A DNA stretch of 63,907 nucleotides, the filler included, from Circinaria calcarea (taxonomy: Eukaryota), in assembly GCA_051942165.1 (NCBI GenBank). It is 9 parts of 9 records of this genome, joined end to end, with 100 filler letters (N's around TTAATTAATTAA, not from the genome) between each part and the next. Parts side by side here need not be neighbours in the genome. Positions count along the whole stretch, not along the records: positions 21,372 to 28,388 come from JAVECS010001431.1; positions 28,489 to 35,502 come from JAVECS010001432.1; positions 35,603 to 42,614 come from JAVECS010001433.1; 6 more parts are not named here. The stretch is one strand, 5' to 3'. A model generated the notes under the pieces. The model worked only from the letters and a program-made list of their open reading frames with translations. It ran no database searches and was not told where the DNA came from. The translations under genes and the position numbers were made by a program. Positions within the stretch are counted from its first letter, which is position 1; the number at the start of each line of letters is the position of its first letter. This document shows, in pieces, positions 24,293-37,063 of this stretch.

Positions 24293-26648
24293 CGTATCTA
24301 TCGTTCTATGGGTTGCGGTTTCTGAGAGTAGGGTAATCGTGTAGGGAGGCGGAGACTGTCAGTGCGTTACCTACAATATTGACGGTGAGAAGCTAGCGAA
24401 GCGAAAGGATGGGTATGGCTAACGAGGCGAGAGCCGCTAAACAACTTACGATGTTCTAATTGAATCTTTTGCGCGTTTATCCACAAATGAACCTAAGATA
24501 GAGCACGGGGTTGACCACCGTATTAGATCCTCGAGATAGCGATGAGGCCCTTATCTTAAGTCTGTTGATTCTTGGAGGATTGAATCTGTCGATATGTTAT
24601 CACCCGAGTTATAGTGATTGGTGCCTCCTGGGAGGATACTGTATGTGACGGACGTAAAAGTTCCATTCGTTGCACTTTGATCGGAGAGACCCACGATCAC
24701 GGAGAGAGAATGACAGAGATAGTCGGCAATACTACTCTATGCTGAGCGACAAAGTTATCAAGGAGGAAATAAATTGGTGGCTACCCTCAAGAGATAATAC
24801 CATTAAAGAAATGATTGATTTATCGAGATTCATCGAATCATGGATAAGAGAAAGCTAGCAGTACGAGATCTCCAATTGTAAATGTGGGCAGCCGACAGAT
24901 GAATGCATGGAGAGGTTGGCAGGGTTGGAATGTGGGAACCGAACTAGATGCCGGATGTGGCAATATCGGTGAATGAGTGGATCAGCTTGGTGAATGGCTG
25001 GTGAATAGGGTCTTGATAATCTCGGACGCGGTGCTTGCCAGCTCGCGAAGGCAGTATGTTTTGAATTGTGGCTGTGGTACCATGTGGTGGGATTCAATGG
25101 TAAGTTCAGGAAACAGATCAAATACCACTAGGCTGATCTGATATATTTGAAAGTAGTATACGGTGTTATTGAGGCTGGAAACGTATTCTAGTAGCTCGCC
25201 AGTTCCATGATATGTTCCTATGTTACATTGTCGTCGACACGTCCTGAGAAGTCTCTGGGATCAGCGTGTGGTCTATTTATGGAAAGTATGCAAGCAAAGA
25301 GAAGAATAGCATTGCAGAGTATTGACTCTGAAGATAGTATGATGGTTGAGCTAAAGAGGCTATTGCAGATAACGACATGCTAAAACGAAAACACAGCCGA
25401 AGCCTCTATCCATTGCGCTCTTGGTCCACAATTCGATGAAGTTGGGAAACATACCGCCAAGTGTCTCTCATTTTGGTTATTACCGCTGTCGTTGTCGCGT
25501 CTAAGATAATAGAGGCTGGCAAGCAAGAGTTGACGACAACCCATTAGATTGATTAGAAATGACAGTCTTCAATCCCCCCTCTCCCATGATGGCTATCTCA
25601 TGAACCAATGTCCACTGGTCGCAGAATTGGCACTTTATAACTAGGGTCACCCCATATCGTTCTAATATACTTCGACGAGCTTGCATAAGAGGTGACTTCC
25701 AACGGTATTGTAGAGTCTTTGCCTTACCTTTCCAACAGATACCATGAGGGGAAGAGAAATGTCTTCCGGGGGCGTCTTATCCATATATCTTGCTTACCTA
25801 CACACCCATGTCGGTTTTATCCTTTCAAGTTTGTCATTTGTGTCTTTTCTAGGAAAATGTCCATCGCAAAAGAGATGTTTGTAGCACCATTTGAATGGAG
25901 GTTCGATAAGGGTGTCTCTTGATCCGAGGTCAATTCGCTTCTTACTGAACCGGATCCTTGGAGAATCTGATCGCACGGCATTGACAAGATATGTTTGGAA
26001 TGATCTCGTAAAACTGCTACCAGATAGACGAATAATAGCGGAGTGAGGATCCAATACAGATGAGAGCCCAGATGCAAGAATGTTACCGAAGTCATAATAT
26101 GATATTGTGCAGCAAAGAGAGAGAAGAGCATGAAAAGTGACCCGTTCGGACGTCCTACTATGGCTCTAGAGGAGGAGCATATATGGGCGAGAACGTGAGT
26201 GAGTGTACCATACAAGGTGACTTTAGCATCGCTGTGAGACCGCAGCATAGGATGATTGTTCTTCTCGACCGAAGATTAACACAATAGTGCAAGATTAAAT
26301 ATCTCACCGAGATTCTGCATCTTAATATTTATCATTTATGAGTTTATTCAAATGTCTCTTACCCACGGCCTTAAAAAGGGGATGAGGTGTAGTCGAGATT
26401 GACTTTCAAGAGAGAATGTCTTGAACGCGACTAAGGCCAATAGGGAACAGTCACATGCGTCGTTTCCAAAGCTGATGACGAAATGTGGCGTCGCGGGGCT
26501 CAGGACGCTGGACTCGGATCCCTCTTATCTACTATGTACTGTATATGTATTGACCTCACCTTCAATTCCCCAGAGCTTGACCAACCACACAAGGCTTTTA
26601 AAATCCCTACTGCCTCAAACACGACCAAATCCTTAACCGATCGCCAAG

Positions 26649-28130
26649 ATGATGGAATACTTCAACTTCAAGAGAGCAAAGCACGACCCCGACCATACAG
26701 AAACCGTCGAAGCGCCAGTTCTAAACGACGAGGATGAAGCCTTTCTGCAGCACATAACGTCTGAAGGCACACCTCCTCCCCTTCCCGATCGACCTCAAGA
26801 CTTGCCGGTAACCGGCGAAACAAAGGGTAATGACGCACAAATCGCATTGATGGCTGGCGCGCAAAACATACCGCTTCCCGATGTACCAGATACACCAGAC
26901 GATATTTCGGAAGCGGTAGAAGAAGAATTGAAAGACGTCAAGGGAAAGGGAAAAGCGAAAGAACACAAGAGACCCTTCAAGTGGAGTTTTCTAAGGCGAG
27001 ATAGCAGAAATAGCAAGCGCAAAGACAAGGAGGTTACCGCGACAGATCTCCACAACGTCGCGCAGGGATTGAAGGCACCAGATGCGAAACCAAATGAAGA
27101 CAACATTGTCACCCCTCACGAGGCGAATAAAGAGGAGGAGGAAATGACTGCTGTTCTCGAGCAACTCAATCTTGCTGCTGTCAATAATCGAGTCTTTTCC
27201 ATTTCCAAGGAATCGCAAGACCTTCTCAAGAAGTATTGACTCCGTTTTGCCTTATCCGATCTCTCCTCTGGTTAAATCGATGCTAATTCTTCTCTTTGAC
27301 AGATTTACCCTCGTCCTCAAGGATCTCGTCAACGGCGTTCCAACGGCATACGACGACCTCGAATCCCTTCTTACAAATTCCGAACACCAAATCCAACGCT
27401 CCTACTCCTCCCTTCCCTCCTTCCTCCAAAAGCTCATCCAGCAACTCCCCTCCAAAATGACCGGATCCCTCGGTCCTGAAATGCTCGCTGCCGCAGCAGA
27501 AAAGCAAGGCATAAAATCAGAATACATCAACCAGGCAGCCGGTGCCGCCTCAAAGATGGGAATGAGGATCAAAGTCCCGAGTTTGAAAGACCTCGTGACA
27601 AAACCAGGCGCCATAGCTGGCATGCTCCGGGCGATTATGAACTTCCTAAAACTGCGCTTCCCCGCTTTCTTGGGCATGAACGTCCTCTGGTCTCTCGCGC
27701 TTTTCCGTAAGCCATTCCCCAACGTTTTCCACCCCTTCCTCCAATTCATTACTAACATCTTTGTCAAGTCCTCCTCTTCGTCTTCTGGTACTGCCACAAA
27801 CGCGGCCGCGAAACTCGTCTCGAAAAAGAACGTCTCCTCACCGAAGCCGAGATGGCCCAGCTGGAAGCGGATATCGCTGCCGATCCGGAGTTGCAGCCGC
27901 CCACGACCACCGCACCGGAAGGCGCGAATATCGAGCAGGTACGGGAGGGTATGCAACATGAGGAGCCGTTGGTTGTGGATGGGCATCCTAGGGAAGGTGA
28001 GGCGCAGTATGCGGAGGGTGGATCTTTGGCCAAAGAGTTGGCCAAGGAGAACAAGGAGAACAAGGAGAACAAGGAGAAGGAGGAGAAGGAGAAGGAGAAG
28101 AAGAGAGAGAAAGCGCCGCAGGGTACTTGA
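26649..28130 (+). CDS. Conserved fungal hypothetical membrane protein, 3 exons
   Basis: MMEYFNFKR...VLNDEDEAFL...LNLAAVNNRVFSIS | FTLVLKDLVNGVPTAYDDL...LRFPAFLGMNVLWSLALF | VLLFVFWYCHKRGRETRLEKE. Introns at about 27233-27303 and 27707-27768. The K/E-rich tail is encoded by AAGGAG repeats. Confidence 0.8.
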
Positions 28131-28388
28131 AGGAATTTGAGAAAAGGTGGTTTCGAGAATGGTATTCGAGGATGTGTGTATGTGGGGGGCCATTGCAACT
28201 GGGAGATTTCACTTGTACATTTGGCGGGGCTCTATTTGTATCCATACACCCCTTTCAACTCTCCTAAGCAATTAAGTCACAATATTTACGAACCACGAGA
28301 GCGGTCTCTGATACAACAACCGAGCGTTTCCTTCTTCCCCGCCCCTCCCACAAACCGTTGTTTGTCCATGTACTAAATTGATTCCCTG

Positions 28389-28488
28389 NNNNNNNNNNNN
28401 NNNNNNNNNNNNNNNNNNNNNNNNNNNNNNNNTTAATTAATTAANNNNNNNNNNNNNNNNNNNNNNNNNNNNNNNNNNNNNNNNNNNN
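28389..28488. other. Artificial contig spacer
   Basis: 44 N + TTAATTAATTAA + 44 N. Confidence 0.98.
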
Positions 28489-29432
28489 CTAGCCCAGGCG
28501 TCGCGTAAGTTCAGGAAATAGTCTCCACCGTGACTGTTCACGAAAGGATGCACCTTGTCTGCACAGCAGGACTGGTGCGCTTGGTATACCTGGGCTGCCT
28601 GGGAAAACCAGTCCCATGGCACTATAAGCACGCCGAGTTGAACTACCGCACGTTGGGCGAGCGCGACCTCTTGCACAACCCATGCTCGTTTATACCACGA
28701 GCGGCTGAATAGATTAACCATCCCTTTGATACTTTCGACAAGCTCGTAAGTTTGCGAGAGATGAGTATCGGTGGTTAGGTTATGAATTGTTTGTATTGTA
28801 TCCTCGCTTTTAGCATCTGCGACTCCCAACCAAATGACAACCTGGGACGCTGAACGGTAAATCTGGTCCATTCGTGGGACTTGGGCATTGCGGTCTGCAA
28901 TGCTGCTTTGGTTAATGCACAGATAATCGACCCAGAGGTTACGTGGACGGTCCTTATATCGCAGATGATGGAGAGCCGTGCCGAGGTTCGGCATAACGCT
29001 GATTTGGATGCTATTAACTACGATGATTTCTCGGGTTATTTTTATGGTTGGAGCATCGGCGTCGCTTAGAGCAGGCTCTTCTATGCTGCCCTGACTTTGG
29101 TTACCATCGGCACAGTGTTTATCGTTGTTGTTTTCTTCAGTGGCATTATCGTCAACATCTTCACACTCGGACTCGGACCCGAACTCGGAATCCCACTCTG
29201 GGCCACCAGGTCTAGCGGGACCGCATTCGCCCCACGTGTACGAAAGAGCCTCGTATTCATCAGTTCCGAGATCTCCTATGGCTAATAAGCAAATAATTTG
29301 CTGCTCGAATAGACCTGGAAGCAGGGTCAAAAGACGAATATCCGGTGTATGCGGTGGCAGCTGCGGCTGGGCTTGGTAAAGAAGGGTGTAATTTAAAGCT
29401 GCTTGCTCATCGGTGAGAATTTGAGAAGACAT
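28489..29432 (-). CDS. Heterokaryon incompatibility (HET-6-like HET domain) protein, 3'-truncated
   Basis: All three HET blocks are present: IRLLTLLPG...YEALSYTWG; NLGTALHHLR...LWVDYLCINQ...QVPRMDQIYRSASQVVIWLG; RSWYKRAWVVQEVALA. Confidence 0.93.
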
Positions 29433-29559
29433 GTCGTCTCGGTCCGTTTCGAATCCAGGAGCATAGTTACAGAATGGCCTTCGTTATGATAATGCCCTGA
29501 AACGAAAAATGAGTGGGAGGGGTTATTTATCAACGGGAGTATTTCGATCCGATATTAAA

Positions 29560-30800
29560 GTTTTGCGGTGTTTGCACTCTAACCACTTTCTCAGCCTAGA
29601 TGGGTTTTATTTTTTCGCTCGAATAAGTTTAATCTTTCGCTTAAATAAGCCTAGTTTTTTGCTCGAATAAATTTTTTTTGATTATATTCAGCGTAATATA
29701 TTACGCTTTACGCCCAAAATACGAAGCGTGTTTTATATTTTGCTACCACTACTTTATTATTATACTACAGTGTAAGGATCCTCTACGAATAGTATGATGA
29801 TCTTACGAATAAGGGTCGGTAAACTGTGTGATAATGAGCTCAATTGGTTCGCATAGCGTATGAATTATTGCTAAAGAGTTCTCGTGTAACGCTTCGCGAG
29901 GAAAACCCTTCTCGCTAAGCCAATACCCCGTGACCTCGGTGTATAGTTCACCCGTAAGGTTCGTAGGGGTTCTCGGGTAGAGCCCTTACACTATTTATTG
30001 CTACTACTACTGGAAATTAAAATATATATGGGGAAAACAAGTAATTTATGCCTGTTTTGCTAAGTTTTCCCCACCCCTTAAACTATATCTAATACGGTAT
30101 TTCCTTTCCACCGAATATATTAAACACCCGTTCGGTATTTCGCTCAAGTAATTATTTCGTAATTACTATTCGTAATCGCCTAATTGCAACACACTGATAA
30201 ATAACGAGGCCACAAAGAGTTTCCAAGCGAGCCAAGGCTCTTTAGCGTAACTGGGCAAATTAACTCGGGCTCCGGCAGATGATGGTGTTAGTGGCTTGGC
30301 AAAATCGTCAGCATATCTATACTGCAAAGCGCCTAGCTACAGAGTAGTCGGAGCGGGTAAATTTACCCCCGCAACGCACATATAGCAGAATCTTATGCAA
30401 TATGATTCCATAATGAAGTCCATATATATAAACTGGTAGTTACCATAGCTAATATAGCTTATTCCACCTCCATTTACTCGTATTTCGTGAAATAATTTTT
30501 CGAAGTTCACCCTTGGGCACGATTACGGGTGACATCCTTAGACTTTACAGGAAGTGGCTGAGCTTAGGCAGCAGTTATTAGCTGATATTTTTAAGAGGCC
30601 ACTGGGTAAATACAACCGAGCTGAGGAGCCATAACAGGCTGCCCCCCTTATTAAGCCGTATTCAGCTGTTTTACTCCTTCTGCTCCCTCCCTACTCCCTT
30701 GTGCTCCCCCGCTGCTCTCTCGCTGCTCCCTCTTAAAGCGGCTTTACTCCCTTTCCACACTAAAAACAGATCGGGCTCACCCCCATCTCGGGGAATATAT
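29560..30800. repeat. AT-rich, TpA-enriched degenerate (RIP-like) transposon relic region
   Basis: No ORF of 60 aa or more in about 1.4 kb, abundant TA/TAA/TAG, short tandem repeats at 29611-29672, CTGCTCCCT-like repeats at 30672-30735, and the solo-LTR-like element inside. Confidence 0.55.
29771..29990. mobile_element. Probable solo LTR (220 bp) within an AT-rich degenerate repeat region
   Basis: It begins TGTAAGG and ends CCTTACA, giving TG...CA termini with an imperfect inverted match that extends to about 16 nt (TGTAAGGATCCTCTAC / GTAGAGCCCTTACA). It has no ORF and no clean target-site duplication. Confidence 0.55.
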
Positions 30801-31431
30801 AATATATATACACACACATAGAACATAGATAGCAGAAACAGAATGGGAAGTCTGGCAGCAAGTGTTGGATTCCTATTACTATTACTACGTGGACCTTTTA
30901 TATGCGCATTTGCAACTTGGAGCAGTTAGTTCATGCCATATCCCCCCCCCGTGGTTCTTCACCATTCAGGCCCACGAATACCCCGTTCTCGACTGCGTCT
31001 TTGCCTATACCTTGGGAGCGTAGCGGAGCACCCTATTTTCCTTCACATTTGTTAGGCAAGCAGCTACGGTGGGGAAATCAATAATTAACCAACATTTTTG
31101 GTCAAAACGCGTGCCAGCCAAGTTCGAAGGGAAAAAACGAGGGTGTTTGATTGCTGGAGGTTTTGTGCATAAAAGGTTTAAAAAAATTCGCTAAAAAGGA
31201 CTGTAAGAATACTTTCTACATCATACAAAAAGAGGCCCAGTCCAGTCCACTTCATTCCAATCCATCCGGATCCCGCCCAATGCAAAATGTGTCTTCACAC
31301 CCCAAAAAAAAAGAGAAACGCCACAAAATGCTACGCTTCCCACCTATATAAGATTTCCTTTGTATCAAACACATGTGACACAAAAGGAAAACCAGTCTTC
31401 CAGGAAGTCTATCAGGAACTGACCAGAGGAT

Positions 31432-33277
31432 CTAAAAGTGCTCTTTCCAGAAGCTGAACTTCACATCCTTGGTCGTCACCTCTTTGGTCGCCTTCTTAAT
31501 GTCCTTTGCCGCCGTGACGGGCCCGCAAAAGTAGACGCCGACTTTGTTCGTTGCGTTGGCTTCAAGGCCACTCAAGTAGGTGCCGTCAACGATACCATCT
31601 CGAATGGTACCAAAGAGGCGTTTGAAGTCCGGTCGTCCAAAGTTGGTGCGGGTTCTTAGTTCTGTCAGGGGATCAACGTGCGCGCCGACGGTGTTGAGGT
31701 AGATGTTGGCTTGGGTGTCGTCGTCCAACTTCTGGGTAAGATAGATGTGGATGCGGAGGAACTCGATACCACCCTTCTCCTCATTGGCTGCAGCCTGAGA
31801 CTGAGCCTCTAGGGACGAAAGAAGGGTCTGGAACCACTCGAAGGAGGTGGTATCCCTGCACACCCAAATGAATTCGATTCTGCGGAGACGTTTGGGCGGG
31901 TTTGGGCCGGCGCGTAGATGCCAGAGGTTCTTGAGGATCGCGGCCCACGGTGTTACACCGATACCGGTACCGATAAGAATGGCGCATTCATTGTCGAAAA
32001 CATCTTCTGCCGGAGCACCATAAGGCCCGTCGATTCGGATCTTGGGCATCGACTGACCCTGTTGCAGGGCAACCTCGTACATACCCATGGGGTCTAGAGC
32101 ATCGTATTCCTTTGCTTGAGCGGGACCAGCACCTAAAGCATCACCAACGGCGCGGGTCCAGTCACCAACTTGGCGCATGTGAATCGAGACATACGGATCG
32201 TAGGGACATGAAGTGATGGTAAACGGATGCCATTGTTGCTTGGAAACCGAGGGGATGTTGATGAAGAGCCATTGGCCGGCCTTGTACTTGAAGGACGGCT
32301 TCTGAAACTGGATTTCTAGTGCGTCATACGGATGACGGATAACCTTGACAATCTCGGTAGCCCGGCGAGCACGGATTTCACGGTAGATACGTTCAATTGC
32401 ATAAATGACACCTCCCCAGATGTCCCAACGGAAAGCTTGGTACCTGTATCAGAGTTAGCTCTAGTACTATAATCAAAACCTATTACGGTTAATGACTCAC
32501 CCGATGCAATTGTCCCAAAACGGCCGTCCGGCGAATGGCGAATAAGGCAGTGGGGAGGCACGGACGAAACAGCCCGTTGCGTGAGTATACAAGGCCAAGA
32601 AGAAGGGTATGAAAAGGTGATGTGTGTACCAGAAAGCTTCGAATGACTGGTTCCGGATCTTGGCGTGAGCGGTGGTGTAGATAAATAGCATGCACAAGAT
32701 CATAGTATGTCCCGTGATGCCGTTGACTTGAGTGTAATGTATCTGATTCGCTGTGACGGGTCGAAGTTGGGTTCTTTCGATATTGAAGAAGCTGGCCTTG
32801 GTTAGTTTAATTTATTAACGTGAGCCGGTATGACCTTACTTGACGTAATGACAACAAACATGTACTACGACCCAAAACAACAGATTGTAAGCCAAGTGTC
32901 GGTGGAACCACTGGTTCTCGTCGAGCGGAAGCCACCGTATCTTAGGCCGAATAACTCGGAGGAGAGTTCTGCACATGGGAAGTGCTAAAAGCAGGCCGAG
33001 GAAGCTGAGAACAAGACCAGCTCCACGGGATATCCACACAGAGTACTGAAGAGTATTCAAGGCATGTAGCCGGGGGTTATCTTGTTGGTAAAACCTAATG
33101 AAAGTCAGTAACGGTGATGGCAAGAAAAACAAAAGCCTGGTGTAGTCCCTACCATCCGGCGCCAAAAGTTCCCCACATGATGCCCTGGAAGAAAAAGTTG
33201 AAAACGAAACGCCATCCTGTGAATTCTCGTATGAAGAACTGCTTGATAACAGTCGCGGTGCTTCGTTCCACCGCCAT
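31432..33277 (-). CDS. noxA: NADPH oxidase (gp91phox-like, NoxA/Nox1 type), 4 exons
   Basis: SVWISRGAGLVLS; heme histidines in WFHRHLAY...VHVCCHY and WYTHHLF...YTHATG; FAD-binding WHPFTITS; IDGPYGAP; NADPH-binding GTGIGVTPW; YFCGP; C-terminal FWKEHF. The short N-terminus lacks the NoxB extension and the NoxC EF-hand. Confidence 0.93.
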
Positions 33278-35502
33278 GGCTGATGTTTATGGGATGACCA
33301 GCAACCCTAACGACTGTTCGTAGAACGAAAGAAGGGTCAGGGACGAATCACAACAGAGGCCCAGACAATCAGTATAATCAGTGCAATGTGTTGTGCACAG
33401 ATGGAATCGGTTGTATATCAATATTTAAAAGGACTTGTAGCGAAGCGACTTGGTACTTCATGCAATGTGTTGTAGAAGGAAGCCTCTGCTCGAGGGCTTT
33501 GAAGGGGGTGACGGTGAAGGTGAGGAGGACTCGTGATGGTCAATACCAAGCCGGATATCCTCCTAAGTAGTAGCAATTCTGACGGTCCCACGGCCCAGCT
33601 AGTTACGATCCTTCGTTTCCCGGTGACGTGAGATTTGGAATTAGGCGAGTCCAGTCATTGTTGTTTCAGGCTGGGAGGTATTCTAGGAGAGGATCAGACG
33701 GGGAAGCGTGGTAATGTAGTATCTGAAGGGTAGTATTCGAGAAGCCTTTTCATACGGAGGCTGACAGTCGAACTCGTGGTAGGGCGACTTCGGGGCCGTT
33801 CCTGGACTAATGCCGAGGGCAGGGTTTGAATTGTTGGAGAAAGGCTTGAACCGGCCCTTGATCAGTCAATCAATGTCCATTCAAGGCGCACATCGGTGGT
33901 CAGGTACCTTGATTAATTGTCAGTCGTTGCTGTATCGCGCAGAAATTGCGATAGCTCGAAGTCGCTGATGCGCCAAGTGTCTGGGCGAGGAGGCGCACGA
34001 TGTTTCGGAGGGCTGATGCCCAGCTGGAGAGTACGACTGTAAGCCTTAGGGTTGCATGAACCTGAACAGTAATCTGTACGATTATCCTGGACCCAGCTAC
34101 TATCAATGTCCTATTTTGTCACAGCGACAGTCGCAATGAAAAACGAAGGGGAGCGGTGTTCAAGATACAGGCGCTTCGGAACGGAACTGAGCTGGACTGT
34201 GATGGCTGTGATGGACTGTGCCTGTCCCAAGTCCCCTCACAGCCAAATGCCATGAGGCAGGGTGCACGCAGATCTCGAGGGCCTGCATTGGGCGCCACTG
34301 GAATCGCTGCCCGTTTGCGAGGGGATCTCTCGATCAGCTTCCGCCTCTATAAATGGAGTCCCATGACTGCGGAGAAGCTGGTTCTGCATGAAGCCGTCTG
34401 TAGGGTGTAGCCGCAGGAGGAGAAGTGATGAAGACAACGGGAACCATAGAGGATGATTGGAGTGACGGGATGAAGCTTAACGGGTCGACTGCTTAAGCGA
34501 ATAAATCCCCCGCCAATGGTAGACGCGGAGCAGCCGCTGAAAGGTTTTCCTGGCTGTTCGACTGCATTAAGCGCACTACTAACTAAGGTACATTAGAGGA
34601 TGAAAAGAGCCACCGTTTTCCCAGCTACTAGTGAATCTTCAGCCATCCCATCCTTTCCTACCTTCCGTCCCCGCATTATCCAGTTGATATATATCCAATC
34701 CCCGTGGAATTCCCATCGACGACACGGAGTAGAGCAATTGACTGGCAGTATCGAGTTCTAACGGGTGAACCGGCTCTCCTTTCCACGGGAGGATGATCAA
34801 CCCTTCAAGAGAGTTGTACTGGATCGTTACACGTGCCGAGTACCTCGAGGTACCCGTATTCGAAACGGAGGCTGAGGACCTCTGATCATGGGCGGGGCCA
34901 TGTCAAACATGCTATTCCTATTCATCAGAAGGATGAGAAGATGCTGATGGCATTGAGTCACATCGACGGTAGTGAGACGACCGACGTCGTAGTGAGTCGA
35001 GAGTAACCCGAATGTCTAATCTCACGTCACACTCGAGTCTTTGTCAAGCTTTTTCCATCGAGTCGTAGTCCGGTGTAGGGTTTCGTCGTCTTTGAGAGCC
35101 TAGAACCTCAAGTGGTTAGCGCGACAACAGCTTGGACATCTTTATCCGAGGCTCCGGCCAGCAATGCGTCCAACGATCCCTGCCAACCGAGTATCCGGTG
35201 GCTGATTTGTTGCATCAAGTCCCGTCGATTGGCATCCTCGGCGGTTATCCTTAGCCTTCCCTTCCCCCTCCCCCCGATTATCATGTAGTATTATTGCCAC
35301 CAGTCAAGCGGAACCAGGGTTTTCGCTCACCCTCTTTGCTGCATTTGCCCCGGCAGCGCATGAATTAGGAATATGCCATGACGAGATTCGGATTCGGCCA
35401 ATCGCTGCCGGGTATGCTTGCCCAGTTTCATGCATGCAAATATCCAATCCCACTGCCCACCAATGCCAACAGGGGTGGGCAGTCGTGCTGTCACCTTCGT
35501 AC

Positions 35503-35602
35503 NNNNNNNNNNNNNNNNNNNNNNNNNNNNNNNNNNNNNNNNNNNNTTAATTAATTAANNNNNNNNNNNNNNNNNNNNNNNNNNNNNNNNNNNNNNNNNN
35601 NN
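35503..35602. other. Artificial contig spacer
   Basis: 44 N + TTAATTAATTAA + 44 N. Confidence 0.98.
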
Positions 35603-37063
35603 CCTCCCCCCGACCACGAAATCGAAATTCCCAAACCAAAACCGAGAAATACCCATCCTGTGCAAGAACATTTTACGAAACAAGCATGCCGGTTGAACAC
35701 ACTCATCCACTCCTTCCTGAGTATAGAGCAGGGTAAGTATGCAGTGAGTATCATAAAAACTCTCATAAGATCAATGACAACTGATATAAATGTTGGAAGT
35801 CATAGGGCTTACGGTCCATGCTCAACACTTCCATACACATCGTAAAAGCACTTTTTCGCTGCATAAATAGCTTAGTTACTGACATACTCGTACATAGCAT
35901 AGATGCCACCACACGTTATTGTATGTCCAATACTAAATAGTTATATTTAAACGCTCCTTCTGAACAAAGCAGGTAGGTAGCTATTTAACCTAAAAATCGC
36001 CAATCCATCTTACCTTACCCAAATAAATAAATAATTCACCAAGATCCGCCCCGGGGGATGAAACGGCACCAAAGAGTTCTCCGGGGAAAAGAAAAAAAAA
36101 AGGGGGGGCCCAAAAACATATACAACAGCTGGTGGTCACCCACACCGCAACTTTTTCTTACAAATCAGCCCGCCGATCTTCAAGCTTATGGATGGATGGC
36201 AGAGCGGACAGGGATGCCCATTGTTCTGGAGATCCATAATCGTAATGTGATGATGAGCTGAGGATACTTAAAGCATGAATGAATATATAGGGAATATACA
36301 ATTGGGAAGGCTACGAAAGTTACGTACGTACGTGTAGGGGGGGCGATTATAAATGCCTTTTCGGGTTTTATTCTGTTCAAAATAATCTACTGTTTGTTTA
36401 ATTAATTTGTGTGGTGTGTGGTTCTATTGTCCCGGCTTGCTCTGTCTAGAGTAGGTTCCTAACCGATGCTGTCGATTTAAAAGGGGGCTACGGTATAGTT
36501 AGATTATAGAGGGGGAGGGGAAAGTGGGTACGGTATGATTAGATTACCGAGGAGAGACAAGGGAACAGCGGAACGAGAGAACGAGTAGAGCGGAGGGCAA
36601 GGAACAAGGAACGAGGGAATAAGTTATAGATGGATATCTCATAGGAGAGGAGCACTTGGTAGGGAAGGGGAGGAGAATTGAAACCACTCATGAAATGTAG
36701 GTGGATGTGATGCGCACATACATTGTAGCACTCGTTTCTGTCGGGCACTTTCCATTCCTACAATGACTCACGGTCACGAAGAAGAGAGGTAAAAACTGCG
36801 AGCTTCTGGATTAATGCTGGGAGCTCTGTACTAGCAATCTTAATTGGAAAGAGTAGAGTAAACTGCCATGCATGCGAATCATTTTTGGCTTGACCTCAGC
36901 TACATTACCTATCAAGTCAGGCCAATAAGCTCAACATACAACATCTAGGCCAAATCATGATCCAACAGCAATAGTGAATTTCGAGCTCGTGGGAGTGGTA
37001 TGCTATTCTTCCCACAAAGATCCATAAAACCGATGCAGTAGGTACAGCACGAATGGGGAAAGG

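Noticed and set aside
25794..26248. 143-aa minus-strand ORF with a hydrophobic stretch
   Set aside because: No recognisable motif or clear gene structure; could be a chance ORF.
27402..28245. Long antisense and alternative-frame ORFs with poly-Leu or poly-Arg
   Set aside because: Shadows of the GC-rich sense gene and its AAGGAG lysine/glutamate repeat.
3520..33277. HeLo-ankyrin, SesB fusion, NRPS-like, HET and Nox genes as one defence island
   Set aside because: They lie on different contigs ordered only by length. Only HET and noxA share a contig.
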